A DNA stretch of 33,924 bases from positions 1-33,924 of the forward strand of contig JYFJ02004235.1 in assembly GCA_000934665.2 (NCBI GenBank), in the 5' to 3' direction. Both the position numbers and the translations under genes were made by a program. Position 1 is the stretch's first letter. The number at the start of each line of letters is the position of its first letter. The notes beneath the pieces are model-generated. The model saw only the letters and a list, made by a program, of their open reading frames with translations, searched no databases and was not told where the DNA came from. The DNA is from Catajapyx aquilonaris. Its lineage: Eukaryota. Positions 11,111 to 22,065 of this stretch are shown here, piece after piece.

Positions 11111-11956
11111 ATTTAAATGCTTGAAATAAATAGGAAGCGAGTCACGGGTATACTGTCCGTAAAAATGAGCATCTGTAATATGCGAAGAAAACATTTTTTG
11201 AAACATAATGCAATTAGTTTAAAAAGTGAAGGTGGCGAGGCGAGATTGTGCCACTGTTTTTCCCAATTCTCCCCCATTATTTCGATGATTCTCATGTGTG
11301 ACAGTGAAAGGTTGACGTGAAGAAGATCGGTCGGAAGCTTTGGCAGAAATCATGTCTAACATGCTGCGATGAAAAAAAGAATAGATAATTGGATGTGAGC
11401 AAAGCGATCAGACGAGGAGTACTGCAGCTAGTGCCACGGCGACGAAAGAGAACATCGAACCTGATCGAATTGGAGCGTCAACTGGACAATAAAATCGGAT
11501 GGCCTACGTCCGCGAAAATCAAACTGGTTGGGGGAAGGTAAAATTAATACGATAATTATAAATCGTATAAATGCATTTTGTCATAATTTTGAGCTAGTGC
11601 AGTGACTCGGACAGATCATGCGTGTCATCATAAAATATGTGTTTTATCAAGGTGAAGGAGTTCATGGGTGTTCTTGAAGGGTTTCTAAACATCACTTGAT
11701 TCATAACTTGGCATTTTTATTGCCGACTCGCCTCATGACGGAGAAGAAACAGCCTCTGTTGTCCACGACCCCTTTAAAGCAGTCCATCCGTATAATATTA
11801 TACTGTACTGTATTTGGTTGCTATTAGGCACAGTATTAAGCTACCAACCAAATGATCCAGATTTTTCGGATTTTTAATGGAATAATATATTATTGAGCTG
11901 TTACCATTTTTGACACTACCAAAAAACCTATTGTACCAACAGAATTCCTCCATATT

Positions 11957-12302
11957 GAGGGGAGGTGTGGTGGCCGAGATGGTAACGTCTCGGCTTGCTG
12001 TGTGAAAGGCCCCAGGTTCGATCCCCGCCTGGAGAACTTTCCTTTCACCTGCGTCAGGAGGGTCTCTAACCTGCACCAAGGAGGTGTCTGGCAACCTAAC
12101 CTCCTGGGGGACTGCACATGGCCCAAAAGCCATAGGACAATGCACCTGCACAAGTGTCCCCTCCCCAACAATCCCTTTCCCTACCTTATATCCTGAACCA
12201 GCCCTTGCACTGAGATTGAAGCAACAATAGAAAACTGATGGTGGTGTGCCACCCCCCTAAACGAGCCGAAGGCTCGAGCACGGGGTATCAATTTAAAAAA
12301 AA
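11957..12302 (+). mobile_element. tRNA-derived SINE, family A, full length
   Basis: Same A/B boxes and body as the 1350 copy. Tail CCCCCCTAAACGAGCCGAAGGCTCGAGCACGGGGTA plus A-rich run. 11-bp TSD TCCTCCATATT at 11946-11956 and 12303-12313. Confidence 0.95.
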
Positions 12303-12715
12303 TCCTCCATATTAACATGCTATAACATGACCAATTAATCTCTCGGTTGTCAATGTTTTTCCTGTCATTAAAAGAGTGCATCGGGTACAATTTATTTGTG
12401 ACTGCATAAATGGCACCATTGCATTGATGGGAAATCTGGTACGAGTAGCATAACAGATGGGCCAAAAAAGCTTTAAAAATGATGCCTAAAAAGTCGCAGT
12501 AAGTTGCATGAAAACGTTCACTAGAAGATGCGAATGTAAGAAACTCGTAATGACATCGGTAAACAAACCCCTTATACCCCCGTAACAATATCAAAACGTT
12601 ATATCACAATGATTTTTTCCAGTAAGGCTAATATAAAAAATAAACTCGCTTTATTAGACGAGAAGGCGTCCTCTCTCTTCCTGGGTAGGCTACATACATA
12701 TTTGCAATTTTATAG

Positions 12716-12862
12716 GTCCAAAGACCGTCCGAAAGAGCCCCTTATGCATCGCAAAACCCGCGGATGATTGCCCATATCATGGCGGTCCCGCGCACGGCTC
12801 CAGAGTTGGCCCGGCTTGGCCACACCAGCGCCAGTGCTGACTCAAGACGCATAACATACAAG
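12716..12862 (+). other. Weak candidate internal exon (147 nt, open, phase 0)
   Basis: Acceptor-like TTTTATAG, GC-rich stop-free 49 codons, then AAG/GTATAT. The peptide is not recognised. Confidence 0.15.
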
Positions 12863-14205
12863 GTATATGCCCCTGTAACCAAAACTTTCGGCTACCTAAT
12901 TGGTCTGCAATATTATTGCTCACCGCTGCTCGTACTGCGGACCACGCGAAGGGCTCTTGCATTTAGGTGGTAAAGTCACAAAAAAACTATCGAATGACTC
13001 GGAAATGCGTCGGAAAAGAGAACAAGAAAGTTGGAAATAGTAAACCATACAGTGCCTAAATTTAAATGCCAGGCTTCATGGCGATGTCCATGTCACGTCC
13101 ATTATAAAATACTTTTCCCGTTTCCGATCGATCAATAATCTTCCAATTCGAACATTCGACCTGTAGTCTTTCCTTCGTGTTGTGCAGTACAAGAGACTTT
13201 CATGATCAGATGACTAATAGTGCGCAAGGAATCGCAGAACAAAATATTATTCGCTCCTCGATGCCTGAAAATTAGCAGAAGAAGGTATGTACAGTAATAC
13301 CAAGTACATGACCCTCTTCCCTGAAATCCTGGGCTCAACTTGGGTACAGTCCAGGTACGGACTTGCCCCGGCGCAGGTTTTTAAGTCCGTATACTCCCCC
13401 GTAGTTTATAGCCGATGGTAGTTAGCTTCATATATTGTAAAAATATATTGCGACCCACCGGTCTTTTTTCCGACTTACTAACAGAATAATTTGTCTGTGC
13501 AAAACAAAAAATGTCAAACACGCACTATCATAACTTAGATAATAAGTGAGATAATTTACACCCTTCTCTCTCCTCCATGGTCCCCCTCACAGGATTAATA
13601 AATTAAAATGGCACTTTTCGGGGTTTATTGCAGGAAGATATGGCCCCATACATGACAGGCCAATATCATATCCGAGATATTAATAGAGGACGGACTTACC
13701 TCATTTCACTTTAGTACTCGTAAAACTGTTTAAAATATCACATAGAAGTCATACGGAGATAGAAAACCTATCTAGGATGTAATTGGTACAAAATGTCTTC
13801 AGAGTCGCAATGGTTGTGATAATGTCGCACCATTACTTCTTCATCTCAGGGGACAGGACCTCTAATGGAAAGAGCGTTCCTTGTGATGTTGTGACACACT
13901 ATAGATTTATTCAGCCAAGAGGGAGTATGTCAGGGTCAGGCCACCACCCAGCCTATAGAGTCAGTTAAAGAAGATAAATGATTAAAATGTCCCAAGCTTG
14001 GTGGAAAAGAGGTCTGAGTTGGTCCAAAATGGAGAGAGGGCAAAATATATTAAAACCTGTTGTTTTAATGCAAATTAAAAGGAAACTTGAATAATTATTC
14101 ATGTTGTATCGAATGGATAATCGGATATTCCCTCCTTAATATGCGTCGACAAGCAGGCCTTAAGTCCCAAAACGCCAAATTAGACATTTGAAAAACACTT
14201 CTATA

Positions 14206-14325
14206 AAGTGGAACTTCCCTAAGTCGAAGTTCTCTATAAGTCGAATAAAATGATGAGCTTGGTTGGTCACAATGTAAAAGAATAGGAAATAAACTTCCCT
14301 AACTCGAATTTCCATAACTCGAAGT
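14206..14325 (+). mobile_element. Left end of a pogo/Tigger-like element (relic)
   Basis: AGTGGAACTTCCCTAAGTCGAA followed by repeated TAA(G/C)TCGAA motifs. Confidence 0.45.
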
Positions 14326-14900
14326 GCAGGCAGGGCCTTACGATGGGATTTCAATGCATTTTCAGTCTCCCTCAGTCCAAGTTCATGTTGGCGAGTACGG
14401 AAAATTGTCTCATTATTTTCCCAGCCGAAGGGTCGAGAGTAGGCCACATGTACCGACAGAAATGCTCTTTCCTTGCATGGGTAACTGGATACAAGTTTAT
14501 GTGCACCAAACCTGCAGATTGTGGTAGCTATTTGTCCAATCAAAATCTATTCAATGTGACACAATATATTATATCGAAACAACAAGGATAGACCCCTGCC
14601 TTCAATGCCCACTGAAAGTGTCCTATTTTGTTATCATACGAGCGTGGTTCCAAAGGAAAGGCACGAAGTATCGATGGGCCGGAAATTCTGCCCTTCATCG
14701 GAAGCGAAGAACTTTCCGAATCATATTTCGTCCTTTACCCGATATGGATTGCATCAAAATTCAACCTTTTTATGTCCTTATTAAGGGCAGTATTTCCACA
14801 TTTTTTCTTTTTTTTCTTCCACGCTGGCAGTGGTTAAAGATAGAGGTAGACCGTGGGGTAGACACTACCGATACATAATGGGCCTACATTGGACATTATA

Positions 14901-15028
14901 CAGGGTGTTACAAATATCCGGGTCACTTTTGGATAACTGCTATCGTCCGATCGGGCTTGTACTACAAAAATAACTGCTATCGGGCGATAGCAGTTATCCA
15001 AAAGTGACCCGGATATTTGGAACACCCG
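14901..15028. mobile_element. 128-bp Tc1/mariner MITE
   Basis: TA-CAGGGTGTTACAAATATCCGGGTCACTTTTGGATAACTGCTATCG pairs with CGATAGCAGTTATCCAAAAGTGACCCGGATATTTGGAACACCCG-TA. Confidence 0.9.
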
Positions 15029-16824
15029 TATAAACGCATCAATTTGACTATATGTAAGAAGTACACAATATGTCATTGCATTTCAAACACCAAATTGCCT
15101 TTTCCGATTTACGTGGTTCGTTATTTCCTCATCCTAACTGTATACACGGGAACGAAGCAGGACTTGGCTCTCAAATATGATATTCACTCATATATATAAA
15201 GCCAAATACGATGATTATCTCGCCGTTTTCGCTTTCTTCCACCATTTAAAAATAACTATGATATGCCATGATATGCGACGGAAGCTTAACTATCCCAATA
15301 GCCGTTATCCATTTTGAGAAAATTACTCCTAATTTTACCTTTTTTGACGCACATCACAGGTCAAATTTGGAGATATGAAACGGTCGATCCGGAACAGTCG
15401 ATAGAAGATAGCTTATCGCAATCCATAGGGGGGATATATTAAAAATGGATTCATGAAAGCTATCTCCGGAATTGATGGAAGGGGAGGGCGTGGGGTCTGG
15501 CTGCCCAGGAGTTGATTTCCCGCGGCAAGGAACTGCCCCGGATCGATGTCCGTGAGGGAGCCCAGGCCAAGGGCAAGGCTTTTCTCCCGAAATCCGAATT
15601 CCTGTCATCCGGGCCAGAGCTTTCTCACCTCGTCCCGGACCTCTAATCCGGATTCATTTCCATCCCACGCTCTCCATTACCAAATCAATGCCGCAGCCGG
15701 TTACACTGAATGAACCTAGGTACTTCAACCCTGTATATTTTTGGCCCGCATTCCTTTGTACCGTATGGATCTGGGTCAAGTACCATAGCCTTTATGAAGT
15801 GCCTCTGCAGCACGACTCGCACTTGATCTTCTTAACTAGCTTGGCAAGAGATGGAGGGGATGTCACGCGGTACTTCAAAAGGGGAAGAAGTAAGAGGTAT
15901 GCTTTCAAAGGAGGTACAAAATCTTCAGGATCTCCAGGATTGCTACTTAGCTATTTGCTGAGGTATTTTTAAAGGTATTCCTCCTCGGGTTGTCGCCCCC
16001 CCCCCCTCCCCCGGGTGGACATCTTCTACCCCACCTCCCCTGGTGTCAAGGCCGGGAAGTAGAGGGTCAGATGACTGAATGAGGACATTTTGTCAACTTA
16101 CGGGTATATCCAAAGGACTTGGAATCGAAGAGACATCTAAGCGCGCGGAGACTGAGTTCATAATAAATTATTGACAACTGCCTGGAGCATTTTGCTTGTA
16201 CAGGTCAAAGTCCACATTCCAAGGGAGTGGTATGTGGAGAAGTTGTGGATTGTTTACCCAGAGACTTAAAGAGAAACAACCAGTTGGAAGTTACAGTCAC
16301 ATTACGTGATGATTTTTTATCCCCCACTGGCACTGGTTTCTGGAGTAAACAACACGTAATTTCTTCCCCATTACCATTTCTGGGCTGTGGACTTGAGAAG
16401 TGAACCACCTTGTGGGCCTGTAAGCCCTATTCTCAAATTTTTTTAATCCAACATACTTGTTGTCGGTTATCTATTTTTTGTCATTGGAGCTTAACTCTCC
16501 GAAGCACACATCTACTATACGTGAGGACTGTAATGGATGTTCTCGTGTTGAAGGATGAAATAGTAACGCTCTCAAAAGTAGGTTTCTTCTATATCAAATG
16601 AGCAAGGCTAGTCTCTCCCGGATTAAACATGTTAACTTAAATTTGAACCCTTCTGTTTTTTGTGAAACTGTCACTGCACTATGTGAGTGTATAGCTTTCA
16701 TTGTGGGAGTAACAAGAGCTTAATATTATTTTTATACGTGGTTACAATAATATTTTTCCCATTTACATTGCACTGTAGTGTTCATTCCAGGTCAGACTTT
16801 TCCACAATGAACTTCCCCTGTACA

Positions 16825-17160
16825 AGGCGGAGTGTGGTGCTGCGGTAATCCACGCGCCCACGGATGTTAAGGTCCCGGGTTCGATCCCAGCCCGGGGTTC
16901 CCCCCTTCATCTCGTGCAGAGTTGGTCCATCTCTGGCTTCGTCTCGGGTGGAAATTTCCGCTAGACTAATCCACCCGGGGGAGTTCACAAAATGACCAAT
17001 ATACGACATTGCACTTGCACTTCGCACATCCCCTCCTACTTACCCTTGGAACAATTAAAAACGTACACATTATATGTACGGTTCCAAACATTGTGGTATC
17101 CCACTCGATCCCACTCCCCTAACAAGGGCCCAGGGCCCGATAATGGGGTACAGTAAAAAA
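16825..17160 (+). mobile_element. tRNA-derived SINE, family D (different head, A-related 3' half)
   Basis: B box GGTTCGATCCC. Shares GACATTGCAC(T/C)TGCAC and the CCCCTA...GGGGTA tail with family A. 15-bp TSD AACTTCCCCTGTACA / AACTTCCTTTGTACA at 16810-16824 and 17161-17175. Confidence 0.9.
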
Positions 17161-17298
17161 AACTTCCTTTGTACAGTAATAATTATGTAACCAAATGATT
17201 ACACAATAAGTATAACATACTTATTCGACATATACCTAATTGTGCAGGCCAGCATGTGCCCCAGTTTTAATTATATTGATTTTGTTTGAATAGTGAAC

Positions 17299-17387
17299 CT
17301 ACAACCCAGGAGAGAGATGGATAACATATTGCACAGACAGAGAACCTAGCTGTGCAATATGTTATCCATCTCTCTCCTGGGTTGTAG
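17299..17387. repeat. Perfect 38-bp inverted repeat with a 13-nt loop (tiny MITE or hairpin)
   Basis: CTACAACCCAGGAGAGAGATGGATAACATATTGCACAG (17299-17336) is the exact reverse complement of 17350-17387. Confidence 0.95.
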
Positions 17388-17710
17388 TTTATACACCGAT
17401 AGTGCAGGGTACACATTGATAACATTACTGATTATTGCACTAACGTTGTAAAAGCCTTTTAAGAAGCTAACCTGCACTGTACTGTACATAACACGACCGT
17501 GATCACTGGCTGAAATAAAATAATAGTCTTCCAGAGGAGCTGAAAAATCAATTGGCATTTATTATGTACATAGGGTATAGAGCGGTATCCTGTATGTGAA
17601 AGCGATAGTGCTGGTTATCATGTACAGAAAAAATATGCCCCTTATTCTACTTACAATTTAAGCATTTTTGGGCAGTGCAACGATTCCCGTACGTCAGTTT
17701 ATAATTATAG

Positions 17711-17848
17711 GCAAGGGTTAACCACTTCGGTACTCCGGTGTACACCTGCAGTGGTACTCCCAGGTACTCCTTAGGTACCTTACTCTTTGGTACTCCTTGA
17801 ATTTGGTACTCCAGTGTACACTTTACCGTGTAGTGGTTAACCCCTTGC
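17711..17848 (+). mobile_element. Small MITE with internal GGTACTCC repeats
   Basis: TIRs GCAAGGGTTAACCACT / AGTGGTTAACCCCTTGC and five GGTACTCC motifs. A second copy lies inverted at 19579-19706. Confidence 0.85.
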
Positions 17849-19401
17849 AATGAAGAATACATCATGTCAGTGTATCACATGTATCACTGACATCGAGGAG
17901 CAATCAGTCGCATTATGTACAGTACATAATAATGTTACTGCAGCTGCTCTACAGTATACAATGCTTGTTTATTCATGATTTTAGGCATATTCCAGTGCTC
18001 GTGTACAAGTTGTGTCTCATGAGAGATGTACTCTACGTATGGTGATAATTGATAAAACTGATGGGGCGTTCGAGTTATTGCTGGGACCTGTTAAAATTCT
18101 TCACTCTAATTAATTTGATAGAATTTCTTTGATCAATTAACTATTTTAGAAATGAAACACTGGAATGTTTTACTGTAGATGCATCTGTAAGACTACCATT
18201 ATCAACAGCAACATCGACTCCTTGGCAATATTTTGATGGTCAGGAAAAGGCATACCGTATCAATTAACCTCGATATTATCATTCTTGTTTTAAAGAGAAC
18301 CAAGCATTTCAAATTTAACAGAATTTAAGCTTCATTATGGTTTAATAAGTAGTATTAGGCTGTGATTGACGAAGCAATTTATTTTAAGATGCTACTGTGG
18401 GATTTATTGCAGGAATAAAGGACTGGGTAAGCAGAGAGCCCGAGACCATTGTTCGCTGTGTCCCTACATGTAAGATCTAAAGTTGTTCAAATTATGTGGT
18501 GCAGTTATAATCTATAATATTAAAATCCTTAGGACTATGGTAATGCCCTCTGATTGGTCCGCCGCTTATTGTTTCCGACACCGCTTCCCATTGTCCCGCG
18601 TTCTACGCCTGCGCAATGGGGTGGAGGCAGCGCCTCTGGTGGGTGGGAGGAGAAACGGTACATTCCAAGGTACATTCGTTATCTGTCGGCCCTAGACTGA
18701 ACTTCGCTCTCTCTCCCCACCCCCAGTCTCCCACCCGTCCAACAATTTCAACCACATCCGCGCCCTCCTCCGCCACTTACGACATTCCATTCTACACCCT
18801 GCCCCCTCCCCTCCTGTTCCACCCACCCACTCACCCAGCCCCCCGCAACTCCCAACCTAGCCCTATAGTGACGGTAGTGTAATGAGAGAGTCTCCATCTT
18901 ACTATTCGGGTGGCTGACTGGCGATCTGCATGCCCTCTGGACCCAGCTATAGTGGAAAGGATGGTTTGGGTTGGTTCAGTCGTCCGCCCGAATTGTAAGA
19001 TGCCTGTTGGCGCCAAATTCCAGGCTGGCGGGTTGGCTGCCCCCCGCGGGTTGGAATTTCATGACAAAATTTCCAATGTCTGTTGTCGTAATTTCCGCCG
19101 TCTCAACACCTAAGTTATAGTGTGGTTTTTTTCAGTGAAACTTTTTTTTTCTCTTGGAACTCAAATGACACTATGGATCTCGTTCAGAGCAGAGCGTGTC
19201 CGAATTATAAGCGATTTTATTCGATCAAAAGAAGGCTAGCAGAACATTACCGGAATAAAGGAGGCTAACAAAAAATCATTCACGATGGCAGTGTAGCACA
19301 GTTATATTTTATTGTCCCGGCACACTTCGTTCATAGTCATTACTTTAACTTTCAAGAGTATTTTTTTAAAACTTGATATGGGGTATTTTATACTTACTGT
19401 A

Positions 19402-19560
19402 CGACACGGTGGCGTAGTGGTTATCGGGACAACCTTCTACCTCTGAGGTCCCGAGTTCGATCCCCTGGTCGGACGGAGGAAATGACCAACTGCCTACCCG
19501 CAAAAAAAGTATAAATACGGCCCTGAGTATGACTCAACTGGTAATGAGAGATAGCGAGGC
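19402..19560 (+). mobile_element. Degraded SINE with a family C-like tRNA head
   Basis: GGTGGCGTAGTGGTTA...CCTTCTACCTCTGAGGTCCCGAGTTCGATCCCC resembles the family C head. The downstream body differs and the 3' end is uncertain. Confidence 0.7.
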
Positions 19561-19578
19561 AATAATATTAATGAACGC

Positions 19579-19706
19579 CAAGGGGGTAACCACTCGACTG
19601 AAAAGTGTACACTGGCGTACCAAATTCATGGAGTACCAAGGAGTACCAAAGAGTAAGGTACCTAAGGAGTACCTGGGAGTACCACTCGCAGGTGTCCACC
19701 GGAGTA
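19579..19706 (-). mobile_element. Inverted, one-end-truncated copy of the 17711-17848 MITE
   Basis: GGAGTACCAAAGAGTAAGGTACCTAAGGAGTACCTGGGAGTACCACT is the reverse complement of ~17750-17796. Confidence 0.85.
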
Positions 19707-19750
19707 TACCCTCTTTATGAACCCATTATGCACTGTACTCATTATGGTGT

Positions 19751-20056
19751 GGTGAGGCGCGGTGACCGAGCTGGTAACGTCTCGGCTTGCTGTGCGAAAG
19801 GTCCCGGGTTCGAACCCCGCCTGGAAGTACCCTTTCACCTGAGTCGGGAGGGTCTCTGACCCACACCTTGAAGGTGTCTGGCAACCTAACCTCCTGGGGA
19901 ACAGCACATGACCCAACGTTTAAGACATTGCACAATGCACATGCACCCTTCTCCTCCCCAGAAATCCCCATCCCTACCTACCTCATGTCCTTTCTTTCCT
20001 GCACCGGCGATGAAGAAAATTTTCAGATTTTTAAAAATGGTGGCATCGCGGGGTAA

Positions 20057-20087
<31 letters not shown>

Positions 20088-20097
20088 ATTCATTCAT
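19751..20097 (+). mobile_element. tRNA-derived SINE, family A, with (TAAA)n(TTCA)n tail
   Basis: B box GGTTCGAACCC and family A body. 12-bp TSD TCATTATGGTGT at 19739-19750 and 20098-20109. The tail hairpin region is internally deleted. Confidence 0.95.
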
Positions 20098-21332
20098 TCA
20101 TTATGGTGTAACCAAGGTGCGCAGGCAGCGAGTTAAGGGGGGTAGAAGCAGACATACCGTATATCATTTTGACGTCATGGAGCCTTTTTGGTCCTTGTTT
20201 GCAAAACGGTATTCAAATGTGGTCTGGATCCTGTTCGGCGAACATGATCCTTTCCATAAGGGCCAGTTGAGCCTCTCATTTTTTGTGCTCTCGGAATAAA
20301 TTATCCGGATGGAAGTTGGTTAAGCAGAGTGGTGATCCAACTGAACAGACGTTACCCCACCCCATGAAGAAGGAATCTCACTTTCCAACCCTCCCACGGG
20401 GTTATTGAAACTGGATGTCAAACGCAATCAAACCTCCCGAAGGAATACGTTTTCATCACGGTAATGTGAGGTTCAAAGCCAGTCGTGTTCGTGTCAAGTA
20501 TAAATTTATTTTTACACCTCGCTGCAGACATTTACGATTGCACGGTGGACGCTTGTTACGTAACTCCAGTATTCCCATTGCTATAACCTTGTTTTGCAAC
20601 GCTCATTAAATGGATCAAGTTTTTCCTTATAAATATTAAATCTGCACAAGTTTTCCTGATTTTGCCTTTATTGTGGGGAGAGAACTGGCTTTCTACTTCA
20701 AGGTCATCACATACCTGGTATGGATAAAGTTTGAGTTCACTTTTGCAGTTTGCAATGGAAAAACCTCGCAGCTCGCAGACAAGCTTTGTTGGCTTTGTTG
20801 TAAGTTCTGTTTGGCATTCTAGTATTATTTGTATTGAAAATGTAGACTTATATAAGAGGAATGATTGCTTCTAATATATACACTTGCATAAATGTTTTTA
20901 TTTTGCATCTGCAGTATTAATGTTAATCCGGAAACCATCTAAGAGATGACCGGCGAATTCATATCTGACATAAACCACATGTGATGACGTAGTATCCTTT
21001 TACACCTATTAAAGGTGAATGGCTCATTAAAGATCCGTGTTGTTTCACCAGAGTTATAACCAATATCGTCAATGGCGATGCACTGCCGTCATGTGGTAAG
21101 TGATACTGTTTGTGTCTTGGAATAATAATTATTGTACTCTCATGCGTTCTAACAACCGCCATGTTAAGACAGCATTCATCTCATTGAGAATTATTAATGT
21201 TATTTTAGACTCACCTTTCATATTCGTATGCATTATTATATTATTAAGACCCCTTAAGAAAATGGGAAACGTCAGCCATAATAATTAACTGTGGTGATAT
21301 CAGTACCGGTATCTATATTGTAGTCGTATATT

Positions 21333-21630
21333 TTTCATTTGTATTACCCCCATTTGGAGAATCGGCGCTCCATTAGGGGGGTGGAACACCACCATTTCAC
21401 CACTCAATCCTTCTGAAAATTTTCTTATCACATGGATGGGGCCAAGGATAGGGAAGGAAGGTCAAGCAGCTGTGGCCGGAAGTGTACGGAAGCGACCCCG
21501 GAATTATCCTGGAATTACCCTTACCACAGAAAACCATGGTCAGGATCGCCAGTCCCGGGATTCGAACCCAGGACCTCCCGATTAGCAGGCGGACTCCTTA
21601 ACCACTACTGACTACACCAACCTGCTTTGT
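21333..21630 (-). mobile_element. tRNA-derived SINE, family B
   Basis: Minus-strand B box GGTTCGAATCC. Homologous to the 24586-24776 and 30714-31086 copies. 17-bp TSD TATTGTAGTCGTATATT at 21316-21332 and 21631-21647. Confidence 0.93.
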
Positions 21631-21819
21631 TATTGTAGTCGTATATTCAAATAGCACCAGCCATGGCAGAGTTACATCAGGTGTGGTGCTTCCGTTATTT
21701 AGAAATTACTAAATTCTTTGATTGCGCACTTGCAACTTTTATCATGGGTAGAAATGAAAAAAAAACTCACAATATGAGGAAAAGAATGCAAAATTTTGTC
21801 GCGTCCGGTTTACACGGGG

Positions 21820-22065
21820 TCAGAAAACGTCAAGAAGAAGAGACCTTGAAGAAGCAGCTAGACTTTATGTCGCAAATCCGGCCATGCAAAATCCCGACCT
21901 CCGTGCAGTCGCAGAAAGGAGAGATCCACATTCCATGTTAAATAATTCGTATTACACATTGGAGGAGGAAGTCTCGGCCAAGAGGCTAGAATCTTGGCTC
22001 TGTTTCCAAGGCTAGTGGTCAAGCCCTGCAGGGCTGGTATTAGCTTCGATTGAATTAGTCGCTTG
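21820..22065 (+). pseudogene. Possible highly decayed pogo/Tigger CENP-B-like transposase fragment
   Basis: Across frames it reads RKRQ..DLEEA..LYV and later KAS.. GW, which is only a weak resemblance to the CENP-B HTH. Confidence 0.25.

Noticed and set aside
15340..16200. GC-richer stretch that might be a LINE or LTR relic
   Set aside because: I could not recognise any RT, endonuclease or gag motif in the frames I examined.
1282..20056. Similar peptides (PQEVRLPDT...) in ORFs at ~1282, ~11798 and ~19726
   Set aside because: These are antisense translations of SINE family A, not a gene family.
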